Shown here in pieces: positions 7,125 to 16,428 of a DNA stretch of 64,000 nt (position 1 is the first letter of the stretch; the number at the start of each line of letters is the position of its first letter). The DNA comes from an uncultured Gammaproteobacteria bacterium (lineage in GTDB: Bacteria; Patescibacteriota; Microgenomatia; Levybacterales; UBA12049). The notes beneath the pieces are model-generated. The model did not search any database. It was not told where the DNA came from and worked only from the letters and a program-made list of their open reading frames with translations. Both the position numbers and the translations under genes were made by a program. The stretch is taken from contig CAYRJZ010000001.1 in assembly GCA_964424775.1 (NCBI GenBank), positions 204,748-268,747 of the forward strand. Direction: 5' to 3'.

Positions 7125-9386
7125 ATGTTTTGGGCAGATGAAGTTGCACAACAATTAAAGAAAAGAAATTTTCCCCTCGAATGGGTAGATGATATGAAAA
7201 CTCCATCAGGAAGAGTTCACGTTGGCTCACTTCTGGGAGTTGTCTTCCATGATTTAGTTTTTAAAGCGTTGAAAGATGCCGGAGTAAATACAAAATATAC
7301 CTATGTTTTTGAAAACCATGACCCGATGGATGATATTCCGTCCTATCTTCCACGTGAAGAGTTTGAGAAATATTTAGGGATGCCACTTTATAAAATTCCT
7401 TCTCCAGTTGAAGGCTATAAAGACTTTGCAGAGTATTATGCAATGGAATTTAAAAACGCATTTAATGCGATTGGGTGTCATCCTGAGATTCTTTGGACAA
7501 AAGATCTCTATACAAGTGGCAAGATGAATGAAGGAATTAGAGTAGTTCTTAATAATGCACAGCAAGTAAGAGATATCTACAAGGAAATGTATAAAAAAGA
7601 ACTGTCAAAAGATTGGTATCCATTTCAAGTATATTGTGAAAATTGCGGCAAAGTCTCTACAACAAGAGTATTTGATTGGGATGGTGAAAATGTCTCGTAT
7701 AGATGTCCCGTTGATGCAACTGAATGGACAAAAGGATGTGGTTTTGAAGGGAAAACATCTCCATTTAGCGATGAAAGCGGCATGAAAGGAAAACTTCCTT
7801 GGAAAATTGAGTGGCCAGCAAAATGGCAGGCAATTGGGGTAACAGTTGAAGGAGCAGGAAAAGATCATATGAGTGCTGGAGGATCGCATGACATGGCAAA
7901 GTTATTCTGTGAGAGAATTCTTCACTATCCTGTCCCATACCCAGTGAGTTATGAGTTTATGTTGATAGGTGGACGTAAAATGTCATCTTCCAAAGGTCGG
8001 GGTTTTGCAGCTGCTGATATGGTGACAATTCTTCCTCCTGAACTCATTCGATTTCTCATAGTCAAAATGGATATTCGAAAACAAACTAATTTTGATCCAT
8101 CAGAACCAGACGTGATCCCAAAATTATTTGATGAGTACCAGCGCTTTGCCAAAGCGTATGCAGAGAAATCTGATCCAGAAATGGCTAGGGTATTTGAACT
8201 TTCGCAAATAGGTGACAAGGTTTCAATGCCTCCTGAAGTTCGATTTTCTTCCCTTGCACAGTGGGTGCAGATGCCTAATATGCAGCAGCATATAAAAAAT
8301 GAAGGACTTGAAGAGTGGGCGAAATATGCAAGAATCTGGATAGATCGATTTGCAGCTGATTCAGATAAATTTACCATCCAACAAGATCTTCCAGAAAATG
8401 CGAAAAATCTCTCATTTGAACAAAAAGAATTTTTAAAAGAAGTAGCAGCCCTCCTTGATGAAGAGTGGGAAGCTGAAAGTCTTCAAAAAACAATATATGA
8501 GAAAGCAAAAGAGAAGGGGGTATCTTCAAAAGATGCATTCGGCGCACTTTATATGTCACTTCTTGGAAAATCACATGGTCCCAAAGCTGGATGGCTCATT
8601 CTTTCACTAGATAAAAAATTTGTACAAGAGAGATTTAAGGAAGCATCTGCAATAACAGTTCAAAAAACAGAAATGAAACTTCCAGCTCTCAATCGTCCTG
8701 ATCTTTTCTCTTTTAGTTCTGAGGTAAAAGAGTCATACCCGTCAATAAGTGTTGGTGTAGCAATAATAAGAGGAGTAGAAATACATCAGATAGATGAAGA
8801 GTTAGAAAACGAGAAAAAACAAGTTCTTTCATCCCTTTCAGGACTAACAACAAAGGACATTAATACTTTTAAGGAAGTGCAAAGTTATCGAAAGCTCTAT
8901 AAAGAAATGGGTGTGGACTGGCATTCTCGCCGTCCATCACCGGAGGCTCTTCTTCGAAGGCTGGCAACAGGAAAAGGGTTGTATACCGTAAACACGTGTG
9001 TTGATGCCTATAACTTAACTGTATTACAGAATAAGGTATCTGTGGGAGCATTTGATCTCGACAAAATTTCTTTCCCGACAGTTCTGCGTTTTGCTAAAGA
9101 AGGGGAGAAAATCTCACTCTTAGGAGATGAAGATGAGACACTTTATAAAACATCGGAGATTGCTTATTTTGATCAAGTTGGTGGCTATAATTTAGACTTT
9201 AATTACCGGGACAGTAAAAGGACTGCGGTGAGTCTTGAGACGAAGAATCTCTATATCAATGTCGATGGAGTCTATGATATTACACCTCAAGAAGTCGAGA
9301 GGACATTACGTGATGCTTGTGAGATAATTATAAAATACTGTGGTGGTACACTTGAGGTTTTTGGCATTACTAATGCTACTTCGTAA
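7125..9386 (+). CDS. lysK: class I lysyl-tRNA synthetase with C-terminal B3/4 (PheT-type) domain extension
   Basis: MFWADEVAQQL N-terminus as in archaeal-type LysRS-I. HIGH-like KTPSGRVHVGSL and KMSSSKG (KMSKS) motifs. C-terminal ~230 aa contains LYTVNTCVDAYNLTVLQNKVSVGAFDLDKI, matching the PheRS-beta B3/4 core ([26 protein letters not shown]). The track start is TTG at 7080, overlapping the upstream gene. ATG at 7125 is preferred. Confidence 0.8.
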   Translation: MFWADEVAQQLKKRNFPLEWVDDMKTPSGRVHVGSLLGVVFHDLVFKALKDAGVNTKYTYVFENHDPMDDIPSYLPREEFEKYLGMPLYKIPSPVEGYKDFAEYYAMEFKNAFNAIGCHPEILWTKDLYTSGKMNEGIRVVLNNAQQVRDIYKEMYKKELSKDWYPFQVYCENCGKVSTTRVFDWDGENVSYRCPVDATEWTKGCGFEGKTSPFSDESGMKGKLPWKIEWPAKWQAIGVTVEGAGKDHMSAGGSHDMAKLFCERILHYPVPYPVSYEFMLIGGRKMSSSKGRGFAAADMVTILPPELIRFLIVKMDIRKQTNFDPSEPDVIPKLFDEYQRFAKAYAEKSDPEMARVFELSQIGDKVSMPPEVRFSSLAQWVQMPNMQQHIKNEGLEEWAKYARIWIDRFAADSDKFTIQQDLPENAKNLSFEQKEFLKEVAALLDEEWEAESLQKTIYEKAKEKGVSSKDAFGALYMSLLGKSHGPKAGWLILSLDKKFVQERFKEASAITVQKTEMKLPALNRPDLFSFSSEVKESYPSISVGVAIIRGVEIHQIDEELENEKKQVLSSLSGLTTKDINTFKEVQSYRKLYKEMGVDWHSRRPSPEALLRRLATGKGLYTVNTCVDAYNLTVLQNKVSVGAFDLDKISFPTVLRFAKEGEKISLLGDEDETLYKTSEIAYFDQVGGYNLDFNYRDSKRTAVSLETKNLYINVDGVYDITPQEVERTLRDACEIIIKYCGGTLEVFGITNATS

Positions 9387-9430
9387 TATTTACGATATCA
9401 CACCCTCCATGGTATAGTACAAGTCGCTCT

Positions 9431-10291
9431 ATGAAGAAAGCAATATTTGTTCTTATACCCTCCTTTATTTTTGCATCAATTGTATTTCTTTTGGTTCAGT
9501 CATTTATTTTAAGAGGAAATGAGAAGGGAGCACTTCAGGTAACATCATCTCCTCAAAGTGAAGTTTTTGTAAATGGAAAATCTATAGGAAAGACTCCTCT
9601 TTGTAAATGTGATCCCAAAGATATGCTGAGAACGGGTGAGTATACGGTGAGAGTTGTTCCACTTTCTGGTGGATATCCAGAGTTTCAGGAAAAGATAATT
9701 ATTACGAAATCTGTCCTCACCGTTGTGGATCGGAAATTTGGTAAAGGGGCAACAGGAGAAGGGAGTGTTATTACTCTTGAGCAGTTAAAGGATAGTAGTA
9801 AAAGGGAACTGTTAGTTGTCTCTATTCCAGATAAATCAGAAGTTCTTTTAGATAATACCCCATCTGGCTTTACTCCTGTCCTATTAAAAGATGTAACAGA
9901 ATCTGATCATGAGTTACTGATTAAAAAAACCGGATATAATGAAAAAAGGGTTCGTATTCGTACTCCAAGTGGATATAAACTTGTTGCAACTGTCTATTTA
10001 GGAGTAGATGAGGATGGAATTATTACAACACCAACACCCACTCCAACTCAAATAGCGTCTCCCTCTGCTACACCAACACCTAAAGCAGCAACGGTAACAA
10101 TCCTTCAAACACCAAATGGATTTTTGAGAGTCAGAGCAGCTGCTTCCACTACATCAAGTGAGGTAGCGCGAGTAACTCCTGGGGAAGAATTTGCAATTGA
10201 TGAGGAGACTACTGGTTGGTATAAGATAACACTTCCCACAGGTGAATCAGGATGGATCAGTAGTCAGTATGCACGTAAAGAAAGTAATTAA
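9431..10291 (+). CDS. membrane-anchored surface protein with two PEGA domains and a C-terminal SH3b domain
   Basis: N-terminal TM, LQVTSSPQSEVFVNGKSIGKTPL...GEYTVRVV and LLVVSIPDKSEVLLDNTPSGFTPVLL (PEGA pattern), TPTPTPT linker, C-terminal GFLRVRAAASTTSSEVARVTPGEEFAIDEETTGWYKITLPTGESGWISSQY (SH3 type 3). Confidence 0.6.
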   Translation: MKKAIFVLIPSFIFASIVFLLVQSFILRGNEKGALQVTSSPQSEVFVNGKSIGKTPLCKCDPKDMLRTGEYTVRVVPLSGGYPEFQEKIIITKSVLTVVDRKFGKGATGEGSVITLEQLKDSSKRELLVVSIPDKSEVLLDNTPSGFTPVLLKDVTESDHELLIKKTGYNEKRVRIRTPSGYKLVATVYLGVDEDGIITTPTPTPTQIASPSATPTPKAATVTILQTPNGFLRVRAAASTTSSEVARVTPGEEFAIDEETTGWYKITLPTGESGWISSQYARKESN

Positions 10292-11232
10292 GCCTGAATA
10301 ATATAGATAATGATGATTACCATCATGATCCAGGTAATTACTGTTGCAAGAAGTGGTTTGTCTGAGAGTAATACTTTATCTGGGCTCTCACCTTCATGTT
10401 TTTCATAAATATCTTGTAAATACCGCATTAATCCATAGACAACAGGGATAATCGTCAACATAAGCCATTTTCTTTGAAGGTATCCAGGTAAAAAGTCTGG
10501 TAGAAAGAAATCATTTGTGATGGAGAAACGTCGTGAGTTTTCAAGAAACGTAAAAAGGGAATAAGAGATAAATGTGGATGTAGCAAAAATTGAAGCGTAA
10601 ACGTCAAGAAGTCTTTCTGAGTAATGGGACAAGGATTTACGCATCGCTGCTATGTGAGAACTTGATAGTTGGGAAACAAGCGTTAATTCTGATCGTCTTT
10701 TTCCAATAGCAAGAAAGAGAGAAAGAGAGATTGCAGTTAATAAGAGCCAGACAGATATATGAAATCCACTCAAAAACTCTCCTGCCCAAACACGAAGGAT
10801 ATATCCTCCAGCCAGAGCCAAGATATCAATAATGGCAATATTTTTTAGAATTAACGAGTATGACAACTGGAGAATAAGGTAAACTAAGGTAATCAAAAAG
10901 AATGCCTCAGAAATAAAGAAACTTGCAAAGAGTGATCCTGCGCCCAGAATGACTGCGATAAGAAGAGCTATAGGCAAGGGAATATCCCCATGTGCAAGAG
11001 GTCTAAATCTCTTAAATGGGTGAAGTCTATCTTTTTCAATATCGAAAATATCGTTGATAATATAAATCGCACTTGAGGTTGCACAAAAAACAATAAAACC
11101 AGCAAAAACTGCTTCTAATGTTTGAATATTAAATAATTGTCCGTTAAAAGTTATGGCAGCGAAAACAGCAAGATTTTTAATCCATTGGCGAGGACGGAGT
11201 AATTTAAGGTAACTACGAAGCGTCTTTTTCAT
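10288..11232 (-). CDS. UbiA-family prenyltransferase, decaprenyl-phosphate phosphoribosyltransferase (DPPR synthase)-like
   Basis: MKKTLRSYLKLLRPRQWIKNLAVF...YIINDIFDIEKDRLHPFKRFRPLAHGDI: the NDxxDxxxD motif plus the DR-HP-KR-RP-A-G block I associate with Rv3806c-type DPPR synthases. Polytopic membrane protein. Confidence 0.65.
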   Translation of the reverse strand: MKKTLRSYLKLLRPRQWIKNLAVFAAITFNGQLFNIQTLEAVFAGFIVFCATSSAIYIINDIFDIEKDRLHPFKRFRPLAHGDIPLPIALLIAVILGAGSLFASFFISEAFFLITLVYLILQLSYSLILKNIAIIDILALAGGYILRVWAGEFLSGFHISVWLLLTAISLSLFLAIGKRRSELTLVSQLSSSHIAAMRKSLSHYSERLLDVYASIFATSTFISYSLFTFLENSRRFSITNDFFLPDFLPGYLQRKWLMLTIIPVVYGLMRYLQDIYEKHEGESPDKVLLSDKPLLATVITWIMMVIIIIYIIQA

Positions 11233-12283
11233 GATTTAAGCGTAACATAAAGTGTAAGAAAAGTAATCCTCCTGTCACAATAACAACAAGCATTACAAGA
11301 GCATAGAGCTTACTTCTGCTCTCAAGTGTGAGCGCAACTGTTCCAAGTAGCGCAGAAAAACTCCAGTACGCAAAGGACACCTGGCGCTGTGTATATCCTA
11401 GTCTGAGAAAAATATGATGAAGATGTCTTTTATCACCTTGGAACGGAGATTTTTTATTTAATAGTCTTCTGAGAATAGTAAAGACTGCATCAATAATTGG
11501 TACACCCATTACAAGGATAGCTGTTGCCAATTTAGCTCCGGAGAGAATTGAGACAACAGCAAGTAGCATGTACACACTTGTTGCGCCATATCCAGGAAAG
11601 ATTTTGGCTGGGTAAAAATTGAAAATAAGAAAGCCGATTGCACTCCCAGCGATAATGAATGATAATTTTGCATCAACTAATCCTGCTCCCCCGTCTGCAA
11701 AACGAAGACTTAGAATACCAATGACAAGTGCTGAAATTGCCACAACTCCAGGCATTTGCCCGTCAACCCCTTTACTCCAGTTAAGCATGTTCATTACCCA
11801 AATAATCCAAAGACCTGCAACAATATCTCCAACTGGTCGTCCAATAAAAGGGATGAAGAATGTGTTGAGATCAAGTATTCCACCAAGTGGATTGGTAATA
11901 AAGGAAATACTCACTCCACTCCCAACAACAATAACAGCACAGAGAATATTTACTAAAAAACGGAGATACGGGCTGACGTCTTTTGAGAGTGCGTTAAATT
12001 TGTCATCTATGACGCCAACAATAAGTGCTAAAAGTCCGGCAATAAAAATTGAGATGAGTTGTGGTGAAAATGGAAGGAGAAAAAGCGACACAAGTAATAT
12101 TCCTCCAAAAAAAGGTATTCCTCCTCCACGAGGTGTTGGTTTGGTGTGAATTATTCCCGGATGAATGTGTTTTTTAGGATCATCAATGAGTCCAGCTCTT
12201 TTAATAAGTGGAAGAGTTATGAATGTGAGAACAACTGTGGCAAACAGTCCAAGAATAAAAGGAAGAAGAGTTAATTCAATCAT
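11213..12283 (-). CDS. glycosyltransferase family 4 polyprenyl-phosphate sugar-1-phosphate transferase (MraY/WecA family)
   Basis: IDDPKKHIHPGIIHTKPTPRGGGIPFF and NMLNWSKGVDGQMPG (NxxNxxDGxDG) motifs. ~10 TM helices. Confidence 0.7.
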   Translation of the reverse strand: MIELTLLPFILGLFATVVLTFITLPLIKRAGLIDDPKKHIHPGIIHTKPTPRGGGIPFFGGILLVSLFLLPFSPQLISIFIAGLLALIVGVIDDKFNALSKDVSPYLRFLVNILCAVIVVGSGVSISFITNPLGGILDLNTFFIPFIGRPVGDIVAGLWIIWVMNMLNWSKGVDGQMPGVVAISALVIGILSLRFADGGAGLVDAKLSFIIAGSAIGFLIFNFYPAKIFPGYGATSVYMLLAVVSILSGAKLATAILVMGVPIIDAVFTILRRLLNKKSPFQGDKRHLHHIFLRLGYTQRQVSFAYWSFSALLGTVALTLESRSKLYALVMLVVIVTGGLLFLHFMLRLNHEKDAS

Positions 12284-12284
12284 A

Positions 12285-12647
12285 TTAAATTATTAAACGT
12301 ATAGTTCTGAATACAAAAATGATAGTAAATAAGCTAACAAGAAACCCTGTTGTATGAAGCATACGTGCTATGAGGGGCATTTTTTCATAAATATATCTCG
12401 TCATTATAATATTCATGAAAATAATGAAGAGACTTGTGAGAACAGGAAGAAAAAACATCCATGTTGGTGCTAATCTTCTCTCACCCCAGGGAAGTTGATT
12501 AAATAGTGGCATGAGTGGAGGTAGTGTAGAAAAAAATATAATAATTAATGCAATTGATAAAATTAGGAAAATTCCGGAAATGATTACTGTCCAGCGAATT
12601 ATTTTATCATTGACAATTGGTTTAATAAATTCGTTCATAAATTTCAA
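12285..12647 (-). CDS. small integral membrane protein, hypothetical
   Basis: 120 aa, 3-4 predicted TM helices. Overlaps the upstream gene start by 26 nt. No family recognised. Confidence 0.4.
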   Translation of the reverse strand: MKFMNEFIKPIVNDKIIRWTVIISGIFLILSIALIIIFFSTLPPLMPLFNQLPWGERRLAPTWMFFLPVLTSLFIIFMNIIMTRYIYEKMPLIARMLHTTGFLVSLFTIIFVFRTIRLII

Positions 12648-14124
12648 CTCCTTGGAGCGTTACCCTATGCGCATAATTATACATGGGATAGGGGAATGTT
12701 CCCATATCAGGAAGTATGACAATAAAATGAGGTTTTTCTCTTTCAAGATCTTTTTGCGTCTCTTTTAGTGTTTGGGTATTGAGGAGTGAATGATAGGCGA
12801 CGGTATATCTTCCAGGAGGAAGTTTACCACTCAGGACATACATTTGTGCAGAGTTTCCCCAATAAAAGACAGAGGCATTTTTAGGAAGATGATTTTTAAC
12901 ATAAAGAGCTGCTCCAGTATCTTGCGGAACTCTTTTATCAAAAAATTGCTGGTATTCATCGACCGTTTTGTTATTTATTAAAAAGGAGAGAAAATTTCCA
13001 TAGTATTCTGTTGTTTTCAGAGGATTCCAGTAATTAAATGAACGGAGTGAGAAAAAAATAATGAGGAAGAATAAAAAAAGAAAAAGTATCCTTAATCTCT
13101 TCTTTTCTTCAAGAATAAGTCCTAAGAGGAGACAAAAGCTTGGCAAAAGAACAAGAAGGTAGTGAGTATATGGTCTTTGAGAAAAGAAACTATTGAAGAG
13201 GGAGAATCCTACCCAAAGTAAAATAAAAAGGAAGTGAGTATTTATTTTTTTTCTGAATTTGAATAATGCAGAAACATAAACAAGTAATAAAATGAGTTTT
13301 GTAATAAGAAGACCTTGAGGAATGATAAAGGTGTTATTCAATCCAACATACCCAACGGTGCTTAAAAAAATAGACTCAAAATATGTTAGAAAAGCTCCAT
13401 GGAAAAGAAAGTAGACTGCTGAAATGAGAAAAGGAATGACAAAACCTATTACGTAGTGAGTGAGTATAGTAAAATGCAGCTTTGCGAATTCTATGATAGT
13501 TTTGAGAGATAATTTTTTGTTGAAGTGCACCATAAAATAGAAAAAAGTGAATGCAGCAAAGTCAAAGAGTGCAACTGTTTTAAATAAAAATGCAATTCCC
13601 AGGAGAATTCCTGCAAAAAATAATAATTTTTTTTCGTCTAGGGAACGTCTTTGTCCTTTATATAATGTTGACACCGTAATAATGTAGGCTGCACCCATTA
13701 TAGGAAGAAGCATAAAGTTTTCTGCATTTGCAATATTTCCTTCAAACGTTGGGAGACCAAAGAGAATCAGGAAGAAGACTGTAACAATAACACTCGTTTT
13801 TATTTTATTGAAAAGTATTTTTGAAAGATAATAAAAGGAGATAAGGACACCAATACCAGTAAGGAGAGAAAACAGTCGAATATTGAATTGATTGGAATTG
13901 AAAAAAGCATATATAACATACAAAAGTGGAGGTTTATTATCCCAAATTTCCGTGTAAAGAATTCGTCCATCAAGTATTGCTTTTCCTAGGGTTTGATAAA
14001 TTCCTTCGTCACCATACCAATAGGGTTCAATAAGTGAGGGAAGCCTGAGAAGGAAGAAAAGTGTACTGAAGAGAAGAATACCCCAAAATTCTTTGCTTTT
14101 TTCAAGTCTTGCTAATTGTCTCAT
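12622..14124 (-). CDS. GT-C fold glycosyltransferase (ArnT / PMT, GT39/GT83-like)
   Basis: N-terminal LRLPSLIEPYWYGDEGIYQTLGKAILDGRILYTEIWDNKPPLLYVIYAFF, the DE-containing first loop typical of ArnT/PMT family. More than 10 TM helices, soluble C-terminal domain. Confidence 0.65.
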   Translation of the reverse strand: MRQLARLEKSKEFWGILLFSTLFFLLRLPSLIEPYWYGDEGIYQTLGKAILDGRILYTEIWDNKPPLLYVIYAFFNSNQFNIRLFSLLTGIGVLISFYYLSKILFNKIKTSVIVTVFFLILFGLPTFEGNIANAENFMLLPIMGAAYIITVSTLYKGQRRSLDEKKLLFFAGILLGIAFLFKTVALFDFAAFTFFYFMVHFNKKLSLKTIIEFAKLHFTILTHYVIGFVIPFLISAVYFLFHGAFLTYFESIFLSTVGYVGLNNTFIIPQGLLITKLILLLVYVSALFKFRKKINTHFLFILLWVGFSLFNSFFSQRPYTHYLLVLLPSFCLLLGLILEEKKRLRILFLFLFFLIIFFSLRSFNYWNPLKTTEYYGNFLSFLINNKTVDEYQQFFDKRVPQDTGAALYVKNHLPKNASVFYWGNSAQMYVLSGKLPPGRYTVAYHSLLNTQTLKETQKDLEREKPHFIVILPDMGTFPYPMYNYAHRVTLQGVEIYERIY

Positions 14125-15614
14125 GCTTTTTCAGTGACTTTATACTCCATACGCTTTCCGAGCATTAATTGTGTATGTGAGATAAGTGCTGGCAACGCTG
14201 AGAGAAAGAATCCAACTATTGGCATAAGGATAAACTCAAGAGGAAAAAATATTTTTCTTCTGAGTGGCAACTGTATATTTTCAGGTCTATTTTTATAGTC
14301 AAGAAACATCATTGCGAATATTGCAGCAATACATGCTGTTAAGATAAATCCTGCAAGGCTAGGAAGAGTATAACCAAGGGATGTACGAGAGAATGCAGGA
14401 TTGATAAATGGCATGACATTTGCAGCAACTGTGATGATGAACCAGTTCACTGGCCAGAGGAAGTGATCAAGGACAACATGATACACCATGACCGTTTTTC
14501 TGATAAATGGAACATTTGGAACAGTAAACCACCACTTAATAAAGAGGGGATCATCAGAAACTCCCCATGACCAACGTCTCTCCTGATGGTATTTATTTCT
14601 CAAACTATTGATGTATCCATGGGAGAAAGCTGCATCCATGGAAGTTTTGAGAAAGATTGGTTCGACCCATACCTGCCCTTTGAGTTTAAAAAAGGCTTTA
14701 AAGAAAATACGGTAATCTTCAGGAATAACATCTGCATCCCAAAAGCCAATGTCACGAAGCATCTTGAAGGAGAGTGAATATGTTGATTGGGTAATGAGGC
14801 GGTCTCCTTGAACAAGAAGTGATATTCTCCACAAACTTCCGAAAAAAGAGATAATTCGAATAGGTGCGGGTACTTTCCAGATATTGTTATAGAAAACAGT
14901 CGCTGTTTGCCAAAATTTACTATATCTATTTGGATCGTTAAGGAATTTATAGGAAAGATAGGCGAAAAATTCTTTATGGAAAATTGAGTCGACATCGACT
15001 GAGGAAATTGTTGCGTATTCTATATCAAGTTTGCCATTCTCATAGAGAATTTCATGTGCGGCTTTTCCCGCAAATGCTTCGTTCGATGACTTTCCTTTAA
15101 TTTCACCTGGCTTATCAATGTGGTAGGTGGCAAAGAAGTCACCAAAAAATGGTTTAAATTCTTTTATGAGAACTGCAGCTTTTTCTTTCGCTTCTTTTTC
15201 ACGCTCTTCCATAGCGAGAACAACATACAGTTTTTTTGGTGAAAGAGACTGGTGGGTTAAATTCTCAAGCGTTGTTCTCATTTTTTCAATACTTTCCTTA
15301 TATGAAGTCATAATGAGAACGTGATGAATTTTATCAAAATTTGGAAGTGTTTCAGCTTTCTTTACCCAATTTTCTTTCTCTGCTTTTTTAATTTTTTGAC
15401 TTGCACGGTAAGCATTAATCACAAGTGAGTAGGATTTATAAAACCAATAAATATCAAAAAAGAGAATAAAGTAAGCAAGAAACGCTGGAATGAGAAGCGA
15501 ACCCCAGACTGGAGAGAGGATAATACTCCATGAAGCGAATCCAATTGCAATTTCTAGTGCCCTTTTCGTTTTAATAGGGTATCTGGTAAAGATTTTGTCA
15601 AAAAATGAGGTCAT
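14121..15614 (-). CDS. membrane-integrated processive family-2 glycosyltransferase (cellulose/chitin/hyaluronan-synthase-like)
   Basis: 2 N-terminal TM, cytoplasmic GT-A domain with SVDVDS (DxD) and YHQERRWSWG (QxxRW), 4 C-terminal TM helices. Confidence 0.6.
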   Translation of the reverse strand: MTSFFDKIFTRYPIKTKRALEIAIGFASWSIILSPVWGSLLIPAFLAYFILFFDIYWFYKSYSLVINAYRASQKIKKAEKENWVKKAETLPNFDKIHHVLIMTSYKESIEKMRTTLENLTHQSLSPKKLYVVLAMEEREKEAKEKAAVLIKEFKPFFGDFFATYHIDKPGEIKGKSSNEAFAGKAAHEILYENGKLDIEYATISSVDVDSIFHKEFFAYLSYKFLNDPNRYSKFWQTATVFYNNIWKVPAPIRIISFFGSLWRISLLVQGDRLITQSTYSLSFKMLRDIGFWDADVIPEDYRIFFKAFFKLKGQVWVEPIFLKTSMDAAFSHGYINSLRNKYHQERRWSWGVSDDPLFIKWWFTVPNVPFIRKTVMVYHVVLDHFLWPVNWFIITVAANVMPFINPAFSRTSLGYTLPSLAGFILTACIAAIFAMMFLDYKNRPENIQLPLRRKIFFPLEFILMPIVGFFLSALPALISHTQLMLGKRMEYKVTEKA

Positions 15615-15617
15615 ATA

Positions 15618-16424
15618 TTATTGCAGACGACTAAATATAGTATAAGCATTCTTTGTAGTCTGTTCTACCACATGTTCAAAGGGAATTTGCTTAAGCGAAG
15701 CTATGTGTTCTCCAACAAGTATAACATAGGATGGTTCATTTCGCTGTCCCCGGTGTGGATGAGGGGTGAGAAATGGACTATCAGTCTCGGCAACAATTCT
15801 ATCAAGTGGTGTATACTTAATTTGTTCAGATAATTCAACAGTCTCTCCTGGTGCAAGGCCTTTATAGGTGCTATTGCCATCAAAGCCAATAAAAAATCCA
15901 AGATCAAGCGCATCTTTAAGAACTTCCATTTTTCCTGCAAAGCAGTGAAACATACCAGGGACAGATCGTAGCAAATGTTTTCTCTCCTTAAGCATGGCAA
16001 TAACATCTTCTCCTGCGTGTCTGTTATGAATTTGCAGTGGTAAATCGAGGGTATGTGCTAGTTCAACTTGAGCGGCAAATACTTCTTTCTGGAGTTTGGG
16101 ATCGACAATGCCATTGGTTTTATAAGAAAAATAATCAAGTCCGATCTCACCTATACCAATGACCTTATCCATTCTTGCGATTGTTTCTAACTGTTCAAGC
16201 CAATTTGATGCTAATTCAAATTTATCTGAATGGTGAGGATGAATACCCACAATTGCGTACAAATCATTATATTTTTGTGCAAGGTCTACCGCCCATTTAC
16301 TTGAGTCAATTTGTGTCCCCGTATTAATAATTCTGGTAACACCTGATTCACGCGCCCTTTTAATAACTTCGTCATAATCTTCTTTAAATGAATGGAAATT
16401 CAAGTGACAATGAACGTCTATCAT
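15618..16424 (-). CDS. tatD: TatD-family metal-dependent hydrolase (DNase)
   Basis: MIDVHCHLNFHSF...GVTRIINTGT...AIVGIHPHH...GEIGLD. Confidence 0.85.
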   Translation of the reverse strand: MIDVHCHLNFHSFKEDYDEVIKRARESGVTRIINTGTQIDSSKWAVDLAQKYNDLYAIVGIHPHHSDKFELASNWLEQLETIARMDKVIGIGEIGLDYFSYKTNGIVDPKLQKEVFAAQVELAHTLDLPLQIHNRHAGEDVIAMLKERKHLLRSVPGMFHCFAGKMEVLKDALDLGFFIGFDGNSTYKGLAPGETVELSEQIKYTPLDRIVAETDSPFLTPHPHRGQRNEPSYVILVGEHIASLKQIPFEHVVEQTTKNAYTIFSRLQ

Positions 16425-16428
16425 ATAT

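Noticed and set aside
7949-8377. Antisense ORFs inside lysK. Similar antisense ORFs occur inside the MraY-like gene (11619-12149), pnp (39334-39831), ftsK (43602-44435), rpoC (59897-60508) and the nucleoside phosphorylase (48225-48722)
   Set aside because: They are Ser/Cys/Pro-rich with low-complexity composition, and are fully contained in strongly supported genes on the opposite strand. They are classic shadow ORFs.
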